64,000 nucleotides of DNA, from IMG/VR virus record IMGVR_UViG_3300020814_000535. One strand, 5' to 3'. The DNA comes from a virus (taxonomy: Duplodnaviria > Caudoviricetes). Both the position numbers and the translations under genes were made by a program. The notes beneath the pieces were generated by a model. The model had not been told where the DNA came from, ran no database searches, and was given only the letters and a program-made list of their open reading frames with translations. This document shows, one piece after another, positions 17,482-27,563 of the stretch (within the stretch, counting starts at the first letter, position 1; every line of letters begins with the position of its first letter).

Positions 17482-20037
17482 ATGACTACGGGCGGACTTC
17501 AGGTTATCACCAAGATAACCGATCTTGTGAAATCTCACGCACCTTTAATCTATGTTGTCTCCGATGAGGAACAACGACTGACCGAGCTGTTGGTTGAACG
17601 AGTGGCCGAACCACTGAAACGAGCCGTCTATCGTTGGTCCTGTTTTCGTGGTTTACAGGGGTTAAAGTCTACGGTCCTGGAGGATAAGACGGATTCTCGT
17701 CAACTCCCGGATGCCTTGAAAGTTATCAATAATCTCAAGCTGCCCTCCAATTCTCGAGGCGGAATCTTTTTGATGTATGACGCCCATTGCCACCTGACTC
17801 CGATTGTGGCAAGGCAGTTGAGAGATATTTATTTTGAATTGATTCAGGGGCCAGATCCCAAGGTCAAGTCGAGTCCCAAGACCATTATTTTTATCAGTGG
17901 AATTTTGGCACACACCTCAGGCGGAATTCGAGACGGCCTAGAACCCAGCCTGAAGACCCATGTCGAGGTCGTGGATTTTCCTCTGCCGGCCCGTTCCGAG
18001 CTAGTAGAGAGTATTAACCTAATCATGGAGCCAGTTGTCGAAGCCGAAGAAGCGAGAAAGAAAGCGGGCAAGCCGGGCACCAAAAAGAGAGTGGACTACT
18101 CGCCCGATGAAATTCAAACTTTTAGTCGTTCTTTGCAAGGTCTTTCACTCATTGAGAGTGGCCGAGCTATTTCTGAGTGTTTTTATTCACATGGTCAGCT
18201 TGATGCTGAAGCTCTACTTTGGAAGAAGAGGCAGATTGTTAGAAGGGACGATATCCTAGAAGTTATTTCTGATTCTGTATCAATGAACAATGTGGGTGGA
18301 TTGGACGAAATCAAAAAGTTCATTGATATGTATGTAGATCAGTTTTCAGATGGAGCCGAGGGATTTGGTGTTGATCCGATCCGAGGAATCATTTTGGCCG
18401 GGGTGCCTGGATGTTTGGGCGGCGATACGATTATTCAATATAACAGAGGTTCGCGAGCCGGATACAGAAAGCTTAAGCTGAAGACATTCTATAAGAGATT
18501 TAATAAGTTCCATAAAAACTGGAGTGAAGATTTAGTTACTTATACTTACTCGTTTGATATGGAAGGCAAAGTTGTAAGGAATAGGATCCTTGGTGTTTTG
18601 GAGTCTGGTAAAAAACAAGTTTTGACTCTGTCGACAAAGAAAGGACGAAATCTTACTCTTACTCCAGATCACCCTGTCTGTATAACCTCTATTGAGGACG
18701 GAGTTGCGACACATAAGTTTGTGCCCGCCAACGAGTTAAAGGTCGGCCAACAAATTCTTTGCCAGGGGAGCATGAAACCTCGAAAGAATGGGGGCAAGAG
18801 GATCCCTGACCGTTCACTTCGCAAGTTTGTAGAAACTCTAAAGTATCATCCAATTGCTTCTGAGCACATTGTTAATGGATGTGTCTATCAACGTTGTACC
18901 TTTGCTAGGTTGGTTGTTGAAGCCCATATGAACTCAATGTCGCCAGAAGAATTGGTTAAGGCGCTTCAAACAAACGAAGAAAAAGCAAAGACGCTCAAAT
19001 ATCTGCCGAGTAATTATGACGTCCATCATCTCGACGAGAATCAATCAAATGATAAATTAGAAAATCTAATGATACTTGAGCACGATGAGCATTCGCGCCT
19101 GCATTCAAAGCTTTGTAATTTTAACGTCGATTATTTGGATGACGACTTTATTACAGAAATAAAAGATGCTGGCGTTCAAATGACCTACGATATCCAGATG
19201 GATTATCCACACAACAATTTTGTTGCCAATGGAATCGTCGTTCATAATTGCGGGAAATCGCTGCTTGCAAAAGCCATTGGTTCCTATTGGAAGTTGCCCG
19301 TGTTGAGATTGGATATCGGCCGAGTGATGGGCGGAATTGTCGGCTCGTCAGAAGCCAACATGCGAGCAGCCCTGAAGACTTTGGAAGCCGCATCTCCCGT
19401 TGTTTGCTGGCTGGACGAAATTGAGAAGGCTCTGAGTGGTACGGCCAGTTCGGGAATGTCGGACGGAGGAACTCTATCGCGAGTCTTTGGGACTCTGTTG
19501 ACCGCAATGGAAGAGCGGATGAAGGGAGTCGTTTTCGTTGCCACGGCAAATGACGTCTCAGCTCTGCCCCCAGAACTAATTCGCCGATTCAACGAAGTCT
19601 TCTTTGTCGATTTGCCAAAGGCTCAAGAACGGAAGACGATCTTTGAAATTCATTTGGCCAAGCGTGGAAGAGACCTGGAGAAGGTTGATGTAAACCTGGA
19701 TTATTTGGTCAGCCTTACCAAGGGTTTTACGGGTTCTGAGATTGAGAAGGCTGTCAAGGAAGGAATCGCGCGGGCCTGGAGAAACAAACTGAAGGACGTC
19801 AATACGGAGTCTATCGAGCTAGCAATTCGGTCGACCAAGCCGATTAGCGACATGATGAAAGATAAGATTCAGAAGCTTCAGGAGTGGGCCAAGAGCAGCG
19901 CTCGAAGTGCTTCCTCTTTCACCGATGAAGCCGTTGTAGTAGAGCCAGGAAAAATCAGCAATCTACCCAACCTGACAATGGCTGAAGAGGAAGATGAAGA
20001 TGAGGCCGAAACGGGGAAGAATCGAAATGCCAACTGA
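17482..20037 (+). CDS. Ycf46-type AAA+ ATPase, intein-containing
   Basis: PLIYVVSDEEQR N-domain, VGGLDEIK, spliced Walker A GVPG/CGKS, Walker B WLDEIEK, ATAN, LPPELIRRF. Confidence 0.9.
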   Translation: MTTGGLQVITKITDLVKSHAPLIYVVSDEEQRLTELLVERVAEPLKRAVYRWSCFRGLQGLKSTVLEDKTDSRQLPDALKVINNLKLPSNSRGGIFLMYDAHCHLTPIVARQLRDIYFELIQGPDPKVKSSPKTIIFISGILAHTSGGIRDGLEPSLKTHVEVVDFPLPARSELVESINLIMEPVVEAEEARKKAGKPGTKKRVDYSPDEIQTFSRSLQGLSLIESGRAISECFYSHGQLDAEALLWKKRQIVRRDDILEVISDSVSMNNVGGLDEIKKFIDMYVDQFSDGAEGFGVDPIRGIILAGVPGCLGGDTIIQYNRGSRAGYRKLKLKTFYKRFNKFHKNWSEDLVTYTYSFDMEGKVVRNRILGVLESGKKQVLTLSTKKGRNLTLTPDHPVCITSIEDGVATHKFVPANELKVGQQILCQGSMKPRKNGGKRIPDRSLRKFVETLKYHPIASEHIVNGCVYQRCTFARLVVEAHMNSMSPEELVKALQTNEEKAKTLKYLPSNYDVHHLDENQSNDKLENLMILEHDEHSRLHSKLCNFNVDYLDDDFITEIKDAGVQMTYDIQMDYPHNNFVANGIVVHNCGKSLLAKAIGSYWKLPVLRLDIGRVMGGIVGSSEANMRAALKTLEAASPVVCWLDEIEKALSGTASSGMSDGGTLSRVFGTLLTAMEERMKGVVFVATANDVSALPPELIRRFNEVFFVDLPKAQERKTIFEIHLAKRGRDLEKVDVNLDYLVSLTKGFTGSEIEKAVKEGIARAWRNKLKDVNTESIELAIRSTKPISDMMKDKIQKLQEWAKSSARSASSFTDEAVVVEPGKISNLPNLTMAEEEDEDEAETGKNRNAN
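18412..19248 (+). mobile_element. Intein (279 aa) with HNH endonuclease in the AAA Walker A motif
   Basis: CLGGDT start, LTPDHP block B, VHHLDENQSND..NL HNH, TYDI..NNFVANGIVVHN/C. Confidence 0.95.
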
Positions 20038-20893
20038 ACATTTTCATGTGCCAATCATTATGTGGCAGCCTACATTCGGGGAAGGACAATGTAATGGCTG
20101 TCCCGAACGGGGAGGCTGTTATATAGCGACCTCGCCATTTTGTAACCAATCGAATGGTACTTGCGAAGTAGTTCATGGGATGCTAAAAGGGGGTAATTTG
20201 ACGTGCGACCAACTGATTGTGGCTAATCAAAAGAAATATTTACACGACTACGTGGACCTTAATCCTAAAGTTCTTCATTTTGCGACAAGGGAAAGACTTC
20301 GGGATTCTGACGAGAATCTTGAGCTGGTGAGGAAACTAGATTATCTATGCATGCCATACGAAACTCTTGCTGGTGAAGGTAGGGTGAAGATAGAGAAATG
20401 GAGGCACTCTGGCTGTAAGATGGTCGTCAATATGATTGCTCCAGTATCTGAGGAGCAGTATTCATCTGAATTTGCCCCAGGAGTGATTAATCTGAACCAG
20501 TGGGCTGTTGATATACTCCATCTTATTCTTCGCAAACCTGCACTAGGGTGCGACTATCGAGTTTCGACATTACAGTATTATCAAAAAGCCATTGATCTTT
20601 TAAAGACGGTAGATCAAGGGAATGTTCAAGTAGTTCTGGATTACTGCTGGTCATGCATGTTGCGTGGGGCTGTTTGTGGGGCGGGAATCGATCGGATTCA
20701 TATCTGGCCGAACAGTGCAGTTACTGGTTGTCCTTACGATTCAACTGGAGTAACTTGGGGAAGTGCGAAACCAGAATTTGGATCTTTTAAAAGCAATTTG
20801 CGAATAGTTCTCAATAATCGTGAAGTTCATTCATCTCACTTTTGTAAGCTTAGAGAAGGCATGGTTAATGCCGGAATCAAGTTAATTACTTAG
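19994..20893 (+). CDS. Divergent radical-SAM/SPASM-like Fe-S protein (start likely ATG 20027)
   Basis: N-terminal CNGCPERGGCY; C-terminal CGAGIDRIHIWPNSAVTGCPY SPASM/Twitch-like motif. Confidence 0.55.
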   Translation: MKMRPKRGRIEMPTEHFHVPIIMWQPTFGEGQCNGCPERGGCYIATSPFCNQSNGTCEVVHGMLKGGNLTCDQLIVANQKKYLHDYVDLNPKVLHFATRERLRDSDENLELVRKLDYLCMPYETLAGEGRVKIEKWRHSGCKMVVNMIAPVSEEQYSSEFAPGVINLNQWAVDILHLILRKPALGCDYRVSTLQYYQKAIDLLKTVDQGNVQVVLDYCWSCMLRGAVCGAGIDRIHIWPNSAVTGCPYDSTGVTWGSAKPEFGSFKSNLRIVLNNREVHSSHFCKLREGMVNAGIKLIT

Positions 20894-20901
20894 GAGTCAT
20901 C

Positions 20902-21456
20902 TTGCAGGATCCCATCACTCCTCACGACGAAGAAGAATCCAAAAAACTCCTCAACTCACTCCGAAAAGGAAAAGGCCTTCAAACCAAGACAGGCCAGCAG
21001 CTTCGAGAGAACTATCTGCTCGAAGGAAAATTAATCGTCGATTGGGAAAAAGACTTTATAATCACGATTCCCGTCGATCCTTCCCCTGCCGAGTGTCGGC
21101 AGCTTTTGGCCGCCATCTCTAATAAATATCAGGATGCGTCCCGACTCATGCGCGAATGCCAGCTGAGAAAATCCTCATTGACTTCTGTCTACAATTCAAG
21201 TTATACAAGAGTATTCCTTGAAGTCCTCGCCGAGTCTAAAGCGAATCCGGGAGGTGGAAGAGGACCTTCAAAGGAAGTGCTAGAACAGAAGGCAAAAGAG
21301 AAGGTGATGGAATATCAAGATGCGATTCGGCATGCCGAGATAGCTTTTAATTTCTTCAAGGGCATTTGCGACAAACTAAATCACGATAGGGAAACCTTGA
21401 AGAGCATTATTATCACCCATGGAACCGAAGCTAAATTAGTAGGAGCCCTATCTTGA
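20902..21456 (+). CDS. Helical protein, possibly a UvsY-like recombination mediator
   Basis: All-helical pattern; weak resemblance only. Confidence 0.35.
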   Translation: MQDPITPHDEEESKKLLNSLRKGKGLQTKTGQQLRENYLLEGKLIVDWEKDFIITIPVDPSPAECRQLLAAISNKYQDASRLMRECQLRKSSLTSVYNSSYTRVFLEVLAESKANPGGGRGPSKEVLEQKAKEKVMEYQDAIRHAEIAFNFFKGICDKLNHDRETLKSIIITHGTEAKLVGALS

Positions 21457-21800
21457 CCACCGAAGAGACACCGACACAGGAGCTTGAAACACAAGAGGAA
21501 GAGATTGAGATTCCAGATGATACTATGTTGGGCTACATTGCGGGAATCACAGCGGACGGAAACTTCTTTCTAAATGTCATTGGGAGTCAGACCAAGGAAA
21601 CAATCTGGATGTTGCCGGGAATTCATTCTGCTGCCGGCAAGTTCTTTGATACCTTTATGGAAGAGAAGTTTAAGCTGGGTCCGATCAGCCGCATCAACGA
21701 GCTGAGTAAGTCTATCCGCAATATGTCGAATGTGGTTGCTAAGACCATCTCGCTAATTAGCCAGAAGATTCTTCCTGCCACCGAACCAGAACCCAAGTAA
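21453..21800 (+). CDS. Hypothetical protein
   Basis: AGGAG RBS, TTGA overlap. Confidence 0.6.
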   Translation: MTTEETPTQELETQEEEIEIPDDTMLGYIAGITADGNFFLNVIGSQTKETIWMLPGIHSAAGKFFDTFMEEKFKLGPISRINELSKSIRNMSNVVAKTISLISQKILPATEPEPK

Positions 21801-21814
21801 AACTGAATACTACC

Positions 21815-24800
21815 TTGCCTACAGAATCCTCGATCTCTGCAGTAGAAGCACTTCTATTCGATAACAACCTAAAGAAGACAAATATTACAGAGAAACTGGC
21901 CCAGAAAACGCTGGATTCTTTTAAAGATGATTTACTAGCCAGTTCGACGTTTCTCAAGAAATACGCTCTTCGGGATAAAGAAAACAATATTCACGAATGG
22001 ACTCTGGCGGAAGCTAAGCTTCGGTGGGCTACTGCGATTGCTGAAGTAGACAAGCGATTTTCAGACCCGCAGGATATCGATTATTTTCTAGAACTGTACG
22101 ACTACTTTCTTCCTGCAGGACGTCAGATGTTGGCTCTGGGAAACCCATACATCGAGAAAGCAACGTTAAATAATTGTTATACTTCTGCAGTAATGGAAGA
22201 TAGCTTGGAGGGCATTTTTGGTGTAGCGCTTGAGATTGCCAAGACGTTTAGTTATGCAGGTGGAGAGGGGATCAATTTAGCTCCTCTTCGTCCGAGAGAA
22301 GCGATTGTGTCGAATACTGCTGGGTCGAGTACGGGAAGTGTTTCTTTCGGCGAGATGTTCTCGTTTATTACGGGAATCATCGGGCAGTTTGGGAGACGTG
22401 GGGCTCTGATGTTGAGCCTGCCTGTTTGGCATCCAGATATTGAAGAGTTCATCACTGTTAAATCTTTAGACAAGAGCAGACTGAAGTTTGCCAACCTGTC
22501 TGTGATGATTGATGACGAATTTATGAGATGTGTCGAAAAGGACAGAGAATACACACTCTATTTCCAGACCAAGCACCAGGAGATCTGTCGCAAGGTCCGT
22601 GCCCGCGACATCTGGAATCTCATTATCAAGGCCGCCCATTCGTCGGCCGAGCCAGGAATTCTGTTCTGGGACCAAATCAAGAGAATGAGTTCGTCAGATA
22701 TTTATCCGGAGCTGTCTCTAACAGGGACCAATCCTTGTATTACAGGCGAAACTCTCGTCTATACTGCCGACGGAAGAGGAAATGTTCCAATCCGCCAATT
22801 AGCTGAAGAAGGAAAAGATGTTCCTGTTTTTTGTTTGGATAAAACAGATAAACCAACTGTCAGATATATGAGGAATCCCAGAATAACTGGTTTTAAACAA
22901 CCAGTTTACAAAGTAACTCTAGATGATGGCAGTGTTATTAGGACTACGTCTAATCATAAATTTTACCTTACGGAGGGCGGGGAGAAAACTGTAGATAAGT
23001 TGCAGATGGGGGACAGTTTGAAAATAGTTACTCGATTTGAATCAAGCATTAATGAAGTAGTTAAGGGTTATGAGGCAAAATCTCAGAATTATCTTTGGGT
23101 AAAGGTCGGTTGTCACACGGCTTATCCAGAACACAGACTTATTGCTGGCTTTCATTACAATGCCGATATGTCTCCCCAGGTTGGTCTAGTTGTCCATCAC
23201 CAAGACCATAATGGCAAAAACAATTTTCCCAGCAACTTGGTTGTGATGACCAAACAAGAACACGACAAAACTCACGTTTTAAAGATGTTTGGCGACAACA
23301 ATCCAATGCGACGTGCTCATGTGGAATGGGGCGCAAAGCAATGGGAATCTTATAGGCGAAAGCAGTCGGCTCGCTCGACTGGGAAGAGAAACAAGAATTG
23401 TAGTGGCGTTTCTAACGACGAATTAAAGCGACATGCTATTTTACTTACAAAGGAGGTTGGTCGCCGGTTCTCGACAAAAGAGTGGGCTATATACGCTAAC
23501 AGACATGGCTTGGTTGCTTATTTTAGCAAATGGAGAAACGATCACCTTGGAGGAGTAGTTGGATTGGCGAAGTGGGCGGCAATGGAATGCGGAATTGAAC
23601 ATTACGATTTAGAACCTCGCAAACAGAGAACCCTACAGACCCTTTCTTGCCAAGGTTATAATTGTATTGTCGAAAACAACGAAGTGTATGTGGTCAAAAA
23701 TTGCGAGATTTGTGGCTCGGAGTTTAAGGTGCAGCACGAGAGAAGAGAAGCGGGAATCTGTTTTTCTAGAGAGTGTCTACAGCAACATCTATCTAGGTCT
23801 CAAACCCCAGAATCTATAGAAAAAGCAAAAGCTGCAAGGTCTTCTACTCTAGTTAAACAAAAGAGCGACAATGCTATTAAGATGGTCAATGTATTTCTTA
23901 ATTTAAAGTTATCTTTAAAAAGAGCACCTACTTATAAAGAATTGAGCGTAGAGTGTAAGAAGCAAAATAAAAGACACAGGCTTGGAGTCCATAGCTATTT
24001 TAAAAACTATGCAGAGCTAAAAGAATTTGCCTCTACATATAACCACCGAGTAGTTTCAGTAGAATTTGATGGTTATGAGGATGTGTATAACGGTACAGTA
24101 GATGAGTTTCATAATTTCATGGTTGGAGGCTTTGAAGGAAAGGCTGCTTCTGGAAAGGCAAAATTTAGCTATTTAGTTAATCCTCAATGTGGAGAGCTAC
24201 CCTTGTCTCCACAGGAGTGTTGTTGTTTAGGATCGCTACTTCTAAACAAGTTTGTTTCGAAGCCTTTTTCTGCACTACAATCTTTTGACTACCAAAAGTT
24301 TACCCACATGGTAATAAGAGCAGTTAGACACTTGGACGACGTGGTTGAACTTGGGGCCTCGAAACATCCTCTGTTGGAACAATCTGAAAAAGCCCGCCTG
24401 GGACGTCGCATTGGACTTGGGGTTACGGGATTAGCTGATATGTTTGCCGCACTCGGCATGGAATATGATTGTCCTGACGCTCTAGTTGAAGAAGATCTTA
24501 TTTTTGAGATAAAGCGAAATTGGGAGACTTGTGCTTCTATTGACTTGGCTAAACAAAGAGGCTCATTTCCGCTTTTCAATAAAGACAAACATTACGAGCA
24601 GGGTTTTGCAGCAACGCTTCCTGATCTTATTAAAGAAGACGCAAAACTTCATGGCCAGCGCAATGTCGATATCGCCACAGTTGCCCCTAACGGATCCGTA
24701 GCCATTATTGCTCAAACAACCGGAGGCATTGAACCGATTTTTGCGCGGGAATACGAGCGAATTACAGAACTCGATGGAGTACGAAAGTCGTTCAAAGTGG

Positions 24801-25564
24801 TTCACCCTGGCATCCTGAGATACAAGGAAATTACAGGGAAGGACGCACCACCTGAACTATTCCCCACAGCTCATGAAATCAACTGGAGAGACCGAATCGA
24901 AGTGCAGTCTATTGCTCAGAAGTATACTGGGGCTTCTATTAGCAGCACCATTAATCTTCCAGAGAATACTTCAGTTGAGACCGTAGGAGAAATCTACCTC
25001 ACGGCCTGGAAGAGAGGACTCAAGGGAGTAACGGTCTATCGCGAAAATTCGCGGGAGGGAATTTTACTTGCGAAAACGGCCAAGAAAACTGAGGAGATCG
25101 ACACCGTCGTATATAAGCTTGTTGCCGAAGGTGGCGACAAGTTTTACATTCACATCTCCTACCGCGACCAAGACATCAAACAGCCCTACCAAATTTTTGT
25201 TACCAATTACAAGGCTAACGAAAATGATAGATTCAGAAAGCTCGCAGGGGACCTCGAAAGAGGATTGGATGTGCTGGATCGAGGAAAGCTCAACCAACAA
25301 CTTGAGAGAAGCAGAACATCTCTCGAACGAATCACAAGACTTGTATCTCTCGGGCTCAAAGAGGGACACCTTCAACTTTTGATTGAAATTCTAGAAAAAC
25401 ACTCTTTCGTTGGAACTCTCGCTTTTAACTTGCATTCTATCTTGAAAAAGAGTTACCTTGATAATAGTCAAATAGTTTGCACCAGTTGTGGTAGTTCAGA
25501 TCTAATTTTCACAGAAGGCTGTAGAACGTGTAAGTCTTGTGGGTATTCAAAATGCGGAGGATAA
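21815..25564 (+). CDS. nrdJ: Class II (B12-dependent) ribonucleotide reductase, intein-containing
   Basis: LNNCY, RRGALM, EPGILF, TNP/CGE, RRIGLG, APNGS, KGVTVYR, C-terminal EGCRTCKSCGYSKC. Confidence 0.95.
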   Translation: MPTESSISAVEALLFDNNLKKTNITEKLAQKTLDSFKDDLLASSTFLKKYALRDKENNIHEWTLAEAKLRWATAIAEVDKRFSDPQDIDYFLELYDYFLPAGRQMLALGNPYIEKATLNNCYTSAVMEDSLEGIFGVALEIAKTFSYAGGEGINLAPLRPREAIVSNTAGSSTGSVSFGEMFSFITGIIGQFGRRGALMLSLPVWHPDIEEFITVKSLDKSRLKFANLSVMIDDEFMRCVEKDREYTLYFQTKHQEICRKVRARDIWNLIIKAAHSSAEPGILFWDQIKRMSSSDIYPELSLTGTNPCITGETLVYTADGRGNVPIRQLAEEGKDVPVFCLDKTDKPTVRYMRNPRITGFKQPVYKVTLDDGSVIRTTSNHKFYLTEGGEKTVDKLQMGDSLKIVTRFESSINEVVKGYEAKSQNYLWVKVGCHTAYPEHRLIAGFHYNADMSPQVGLVVHHQDHNGKNNFPSNLVVMTKQEHDKTHVLKMFGDNNPMRRAHVEWGAKQWESYRRKQSARSTGKRNKNCSGVSNDELKRHAILLTKEVGRRFSTKEWAIYANRHGLVAYFSKWRNDHLGGVVGLAKWAAMECGIEHYDLEPRKQRTLQTLSCQGYNCIVENNEVYVVKNCEICGSEFKVQHERREAGICFSRECLQQHLSRSQTPESIEKAKAARSSTLVKQKSDNAIKMVNVFLNLKLSLKRAPTYKELSVECKKQNKRHRLGVHSYFKNYAELKEFASTYNHRVVSVEFDGYEDVYNGTVDEFHNFMVGGFEGKAASGKAKFSYLVNPQCGELPLSPQECCCLGSLLLNKFVSKPFSALQSFDYQKFTHMVIRAVRHLDDVVELGASKHPLLEQSEKARLGRRIGLGVTGLADMFAALGMEYDCPDALVEEDLIFEIKRNWETCASIDLAKQRGSFPLFNKDKHYEQGFAATLPDLIKEDAKLHGQRNVDIATVAPNGSVAIIAQTTGGIEPIFAREYERITELDGVRKSFKVVHPGILRYKEITGKDAPPELFPTAHEINWRDRIEVQSIAQKYTGASISSTINLPENTSVETVGEIYLTAWKRGLKGVTVYRENSREGILLAKTAKKTEEIDTVVYKLVAEGGDKFYIHISYRDQDIKQPYQIFVTNYKANENDRFRKLAGDLERGLDVLDRGKLNQQLERSRTSLERITRLVSLGLKEGHLQLLIEILEKHSFVGTLAFNLHSILKKSYLDNSQIVCTSCGSSDLIFTEGCRTCKSCGYSKCGG
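22736..24187 (+). mobile_element. Intein (484 aa) with HNH endonuclease; atypical C-terminus ...NPQ
   Basis: CITGET start after TNP, TTSNHKF, VHHQDHNGKNN..NL, DVYNGTVDEFHNF; ends VNPQ before the catalytic CGE. Confidence 0.93.
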
Positions 25565-25920
25565 AACGACCACCTTGGGAGTCTAATTGGTTTGACGATC
25601 TTCTGTTTTGGATTGAGTGGCGGGTGGGATGGACGTCTGTTTGGCTCGCAATAATATTGATAGTATTCCTTACTTTTTCAATTTGTGTGTTGCCCGCGAA
25701 AAGCGCTTCGAATGATACAGTTAATATAAGTATATGGAATCCTTATAGAATTACTTTGGGCTGTGAGGTAAAGTGCGACTGGAACAACAAGACACGAAAA
25801 TTTGACTACTACAACAACATTATTGTTCCTGGAAAAGGAAAATATATTCTTAAAGTAGGGAAACAATATAAGGATTGCGAAGTGTGGGGGAAGGTATTAT
25901 TTTTCGAGAATCATGAGTAA
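25537..25920 (+). CDS. Membrane-anchored/secreted hypothetical protein
   Basis: Long hydrophobic segment followed by a beta-rich domain. Confidence 0.55.
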   Translation: MWVFKMRRIKRPPWESNWFDDLLFWIEWRVGWTSVWLAIILIVFLTFSICVLPAKSASNDTVNISIWNPYRITLGCEVKCDWNNKTRKFDYYNNIIVPGKGKYILKVGKQYKDCEVWGKVLFFENHE

Positions 25921-26146
25921 ATATTTTGTTCAGTGCGAACTTGTTAGAGACAATGGAACTGTTATGGTCAGCTGGATCCCAGAACAGTTTGCTGTTCGTG
26001 GCCGCAAATTGAGACTCCTTAACAACGGGACGGGACGCTGGGAGGAAGGATGGAGAGTGACAAGCACCTACACCAAGAAACTAGCTCAGTGGGTGCTTAC
26101 ATGCGAGCGAGATTACCTACATCAGAGAGATGTTTCAGACGTGTAA
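25913..26146 (+). CDS. Hypothetical protein
   Basis: Overlapping start, Trp-rich small domain. Confidence 0.6.
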   Translation: MSKYFVQCELVRDNGTVMVSWIPEQFAVRGRKLRLLNNGTGRWEEGWRVTSTYTKKLAQWVLTCERDYLHQRDVSDV

Positions 26147-26202
26147 TTTTTCCGTTAATTTTGTTAGCCTAAGTACAGAAATTCGGGGTGCTTTGAAGTA
26201 CA

Positions 26203-26970
26203 GTGTCTTCAGAATTTGACATCTTCCCGGATGAAGCTCTGACGATCCTTGAGAAATTCGTTGAGCAGACAGGTAAAGACTTCGTTAACCCTAACCTTCG
26301 CTTCAGTCACCTTAACTCGGAACGCGAATACTTTGAAACTGCACGAGATTTTGTCGACGGCCTGACAGTCATTCAATGGGGCGACGGCTGGATGTCGTTT
26401 GCTGATATGTTGGCGATCCTAAAGGTAAACGAAGCTTCAATCGTCGAGAAGCTCAACAACACAATCCGTAAGAAGCTGAAGCAATTCCATCGAAAACTAG
26501 GTCGCCGAAGGAGAATTAAAGTGCGAATAGCTTTTGCTTCTCTAGCTCAGGACGAAGATTGGAAGCTCTCGTTTAGTTCCAAGCTCGAGGCGTTTGGAAT
26601 TACCCCGGAGTTTGTGGGTAGGCGCGAGAAGGTCTCGTTCGAAGAGATAAACGATATTGATGCCTATCGAGACGCGCTTCGACGGTTTGTGGATAATATC
26701 GTAGGAACGGTAAGTCGATCAGATGCAGTAATCATTTACTTTAATCGGAAGTCAGACTCGTGGGAAGATCTACGCTTCACGGTTCTGATGTCCTACCTGC
26801 TCTACATTCCTGTTTACATTCTGCTGGGTAATAAATGCTCTCTTGACTCCGTGCCCGCAGAGCTGCTAGCGTTGTGTAACAAATGTTTCAAGACGGAAGA
26901 GGAACTTCTGACCAGTCTTCGCGAAAAGGTGGGAAAGGGACGAGCAAAGATTGGCAATAAGTCTAAGTAG
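26203..26970 (+). CDS. Protein with a C-terminal nucleoside-deoxyribosyltransferase-like domain, apparently lacking the catalytic Glu
   Basis: C-terminal half aligns by eye with ORF 1419..1919 (SD.VI, IPVY, LD.VP..LL..C...F...E.L). Confidence 0.55.
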   Translation: MSSEFDIFPDEALTILEKFVEQTGKDFVNPNLRFSHLNSEREYFETARDFVDGLTVIQWGDGWMSFADMLAILKVNEASIVEKLNNTIRKKLKQFHRKLGRRRRIKVRIAFASLAQDEDWKLSFSSKLEAFGITPEFVGRREKVSFEEINDIDAYRDALRRFVDNIVGTVSRSDAVIIYFNRKSDSWEDLRFTVLMSYLLYIPVYILLGNKCSLDSVPAELLALCNKCFKTEEELLTSLREKVGKGRAKIGNKSK

Positions 26971-26978
26971 GATTTCTT

Positions 26979-27563
26979 TTGCTCAAGCCCATCCTGATTG
27001 GCCTGCACGGAAAAGCTAGGTCTGGAAAAGACTCTATTGCCACTGAGCTAATTAAGAACGGAAGTTGTTTCTTTAGTGTGGTTAGTTTTGTCGAGCCTCT
27101 GAAGCGGATTGTGATGGATCTGTTTTCTATGGATCGAGAACAGGTTTATGGTGACGCCAAAGACGAAGTTGACCCGCGTTACAAGAAGTCCCCTCGCCAG
27201 ATTCTTCAGGAAGTCGGGACAGCAATGAGGGTGATCTATAAAGACATTTGGGTTGACTACGCTCTCCGAAGAAGTCGCGAACTACAGATGTGTGGCTATT
27301 CTGTCATTATTACGGATCTGAGATACAAGAACGAATTCGAAGCAATTCGAAATGCCGATGGTTATATTTGGAAGGTTGTCCGTTTAGATGAAAATGGAAA
27401 TCCTGTGAATCTTATTGAAGCTAAGCTTCAGGCTCACGCATCAGAAGTTGACTTGGATGGATTAAGTGACGAAGAATTTGATGCTGTTCTGAGTGCAAAG
27501 TCTGGTCATCTGCCTCGGCTCTACGATCAGGCTCATCAAGCTCTAAGATTAATCTATGGATAA
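26979..27563 (+). CDS. Deoxynucleoside monophosphate kinase
   Basis: IGLHGKARSGKDS, PRQILQEVGT..R, ITDLRYKNE, HASE. Confidence 0.9.
   Translation: MLKPILIGLHGKARSGKDSIATELIKNGSCFFSVVSFVEPLKRIVMDLFSMDREQVYGDAKDEVDPRYKKSPRQILQEVGTAMRVIYKDIWVDYALRRSRELQMCGYSVIITDLRYKNEFEAIRNADGYIWKVVRLDENGNPVNLIEAKLQAHASEVDLDGLSDEEFDAVLSAKSGHLPRLYDQAHQALRLIYG

Noticed and set aside
26147-26202. Possible phage late-promoter motif (CTAAGT/CTAAAT) in several short intergenic gaps
   Set aside because: Too short, and often coincident with TAA stop codons, to separate from chance by eye
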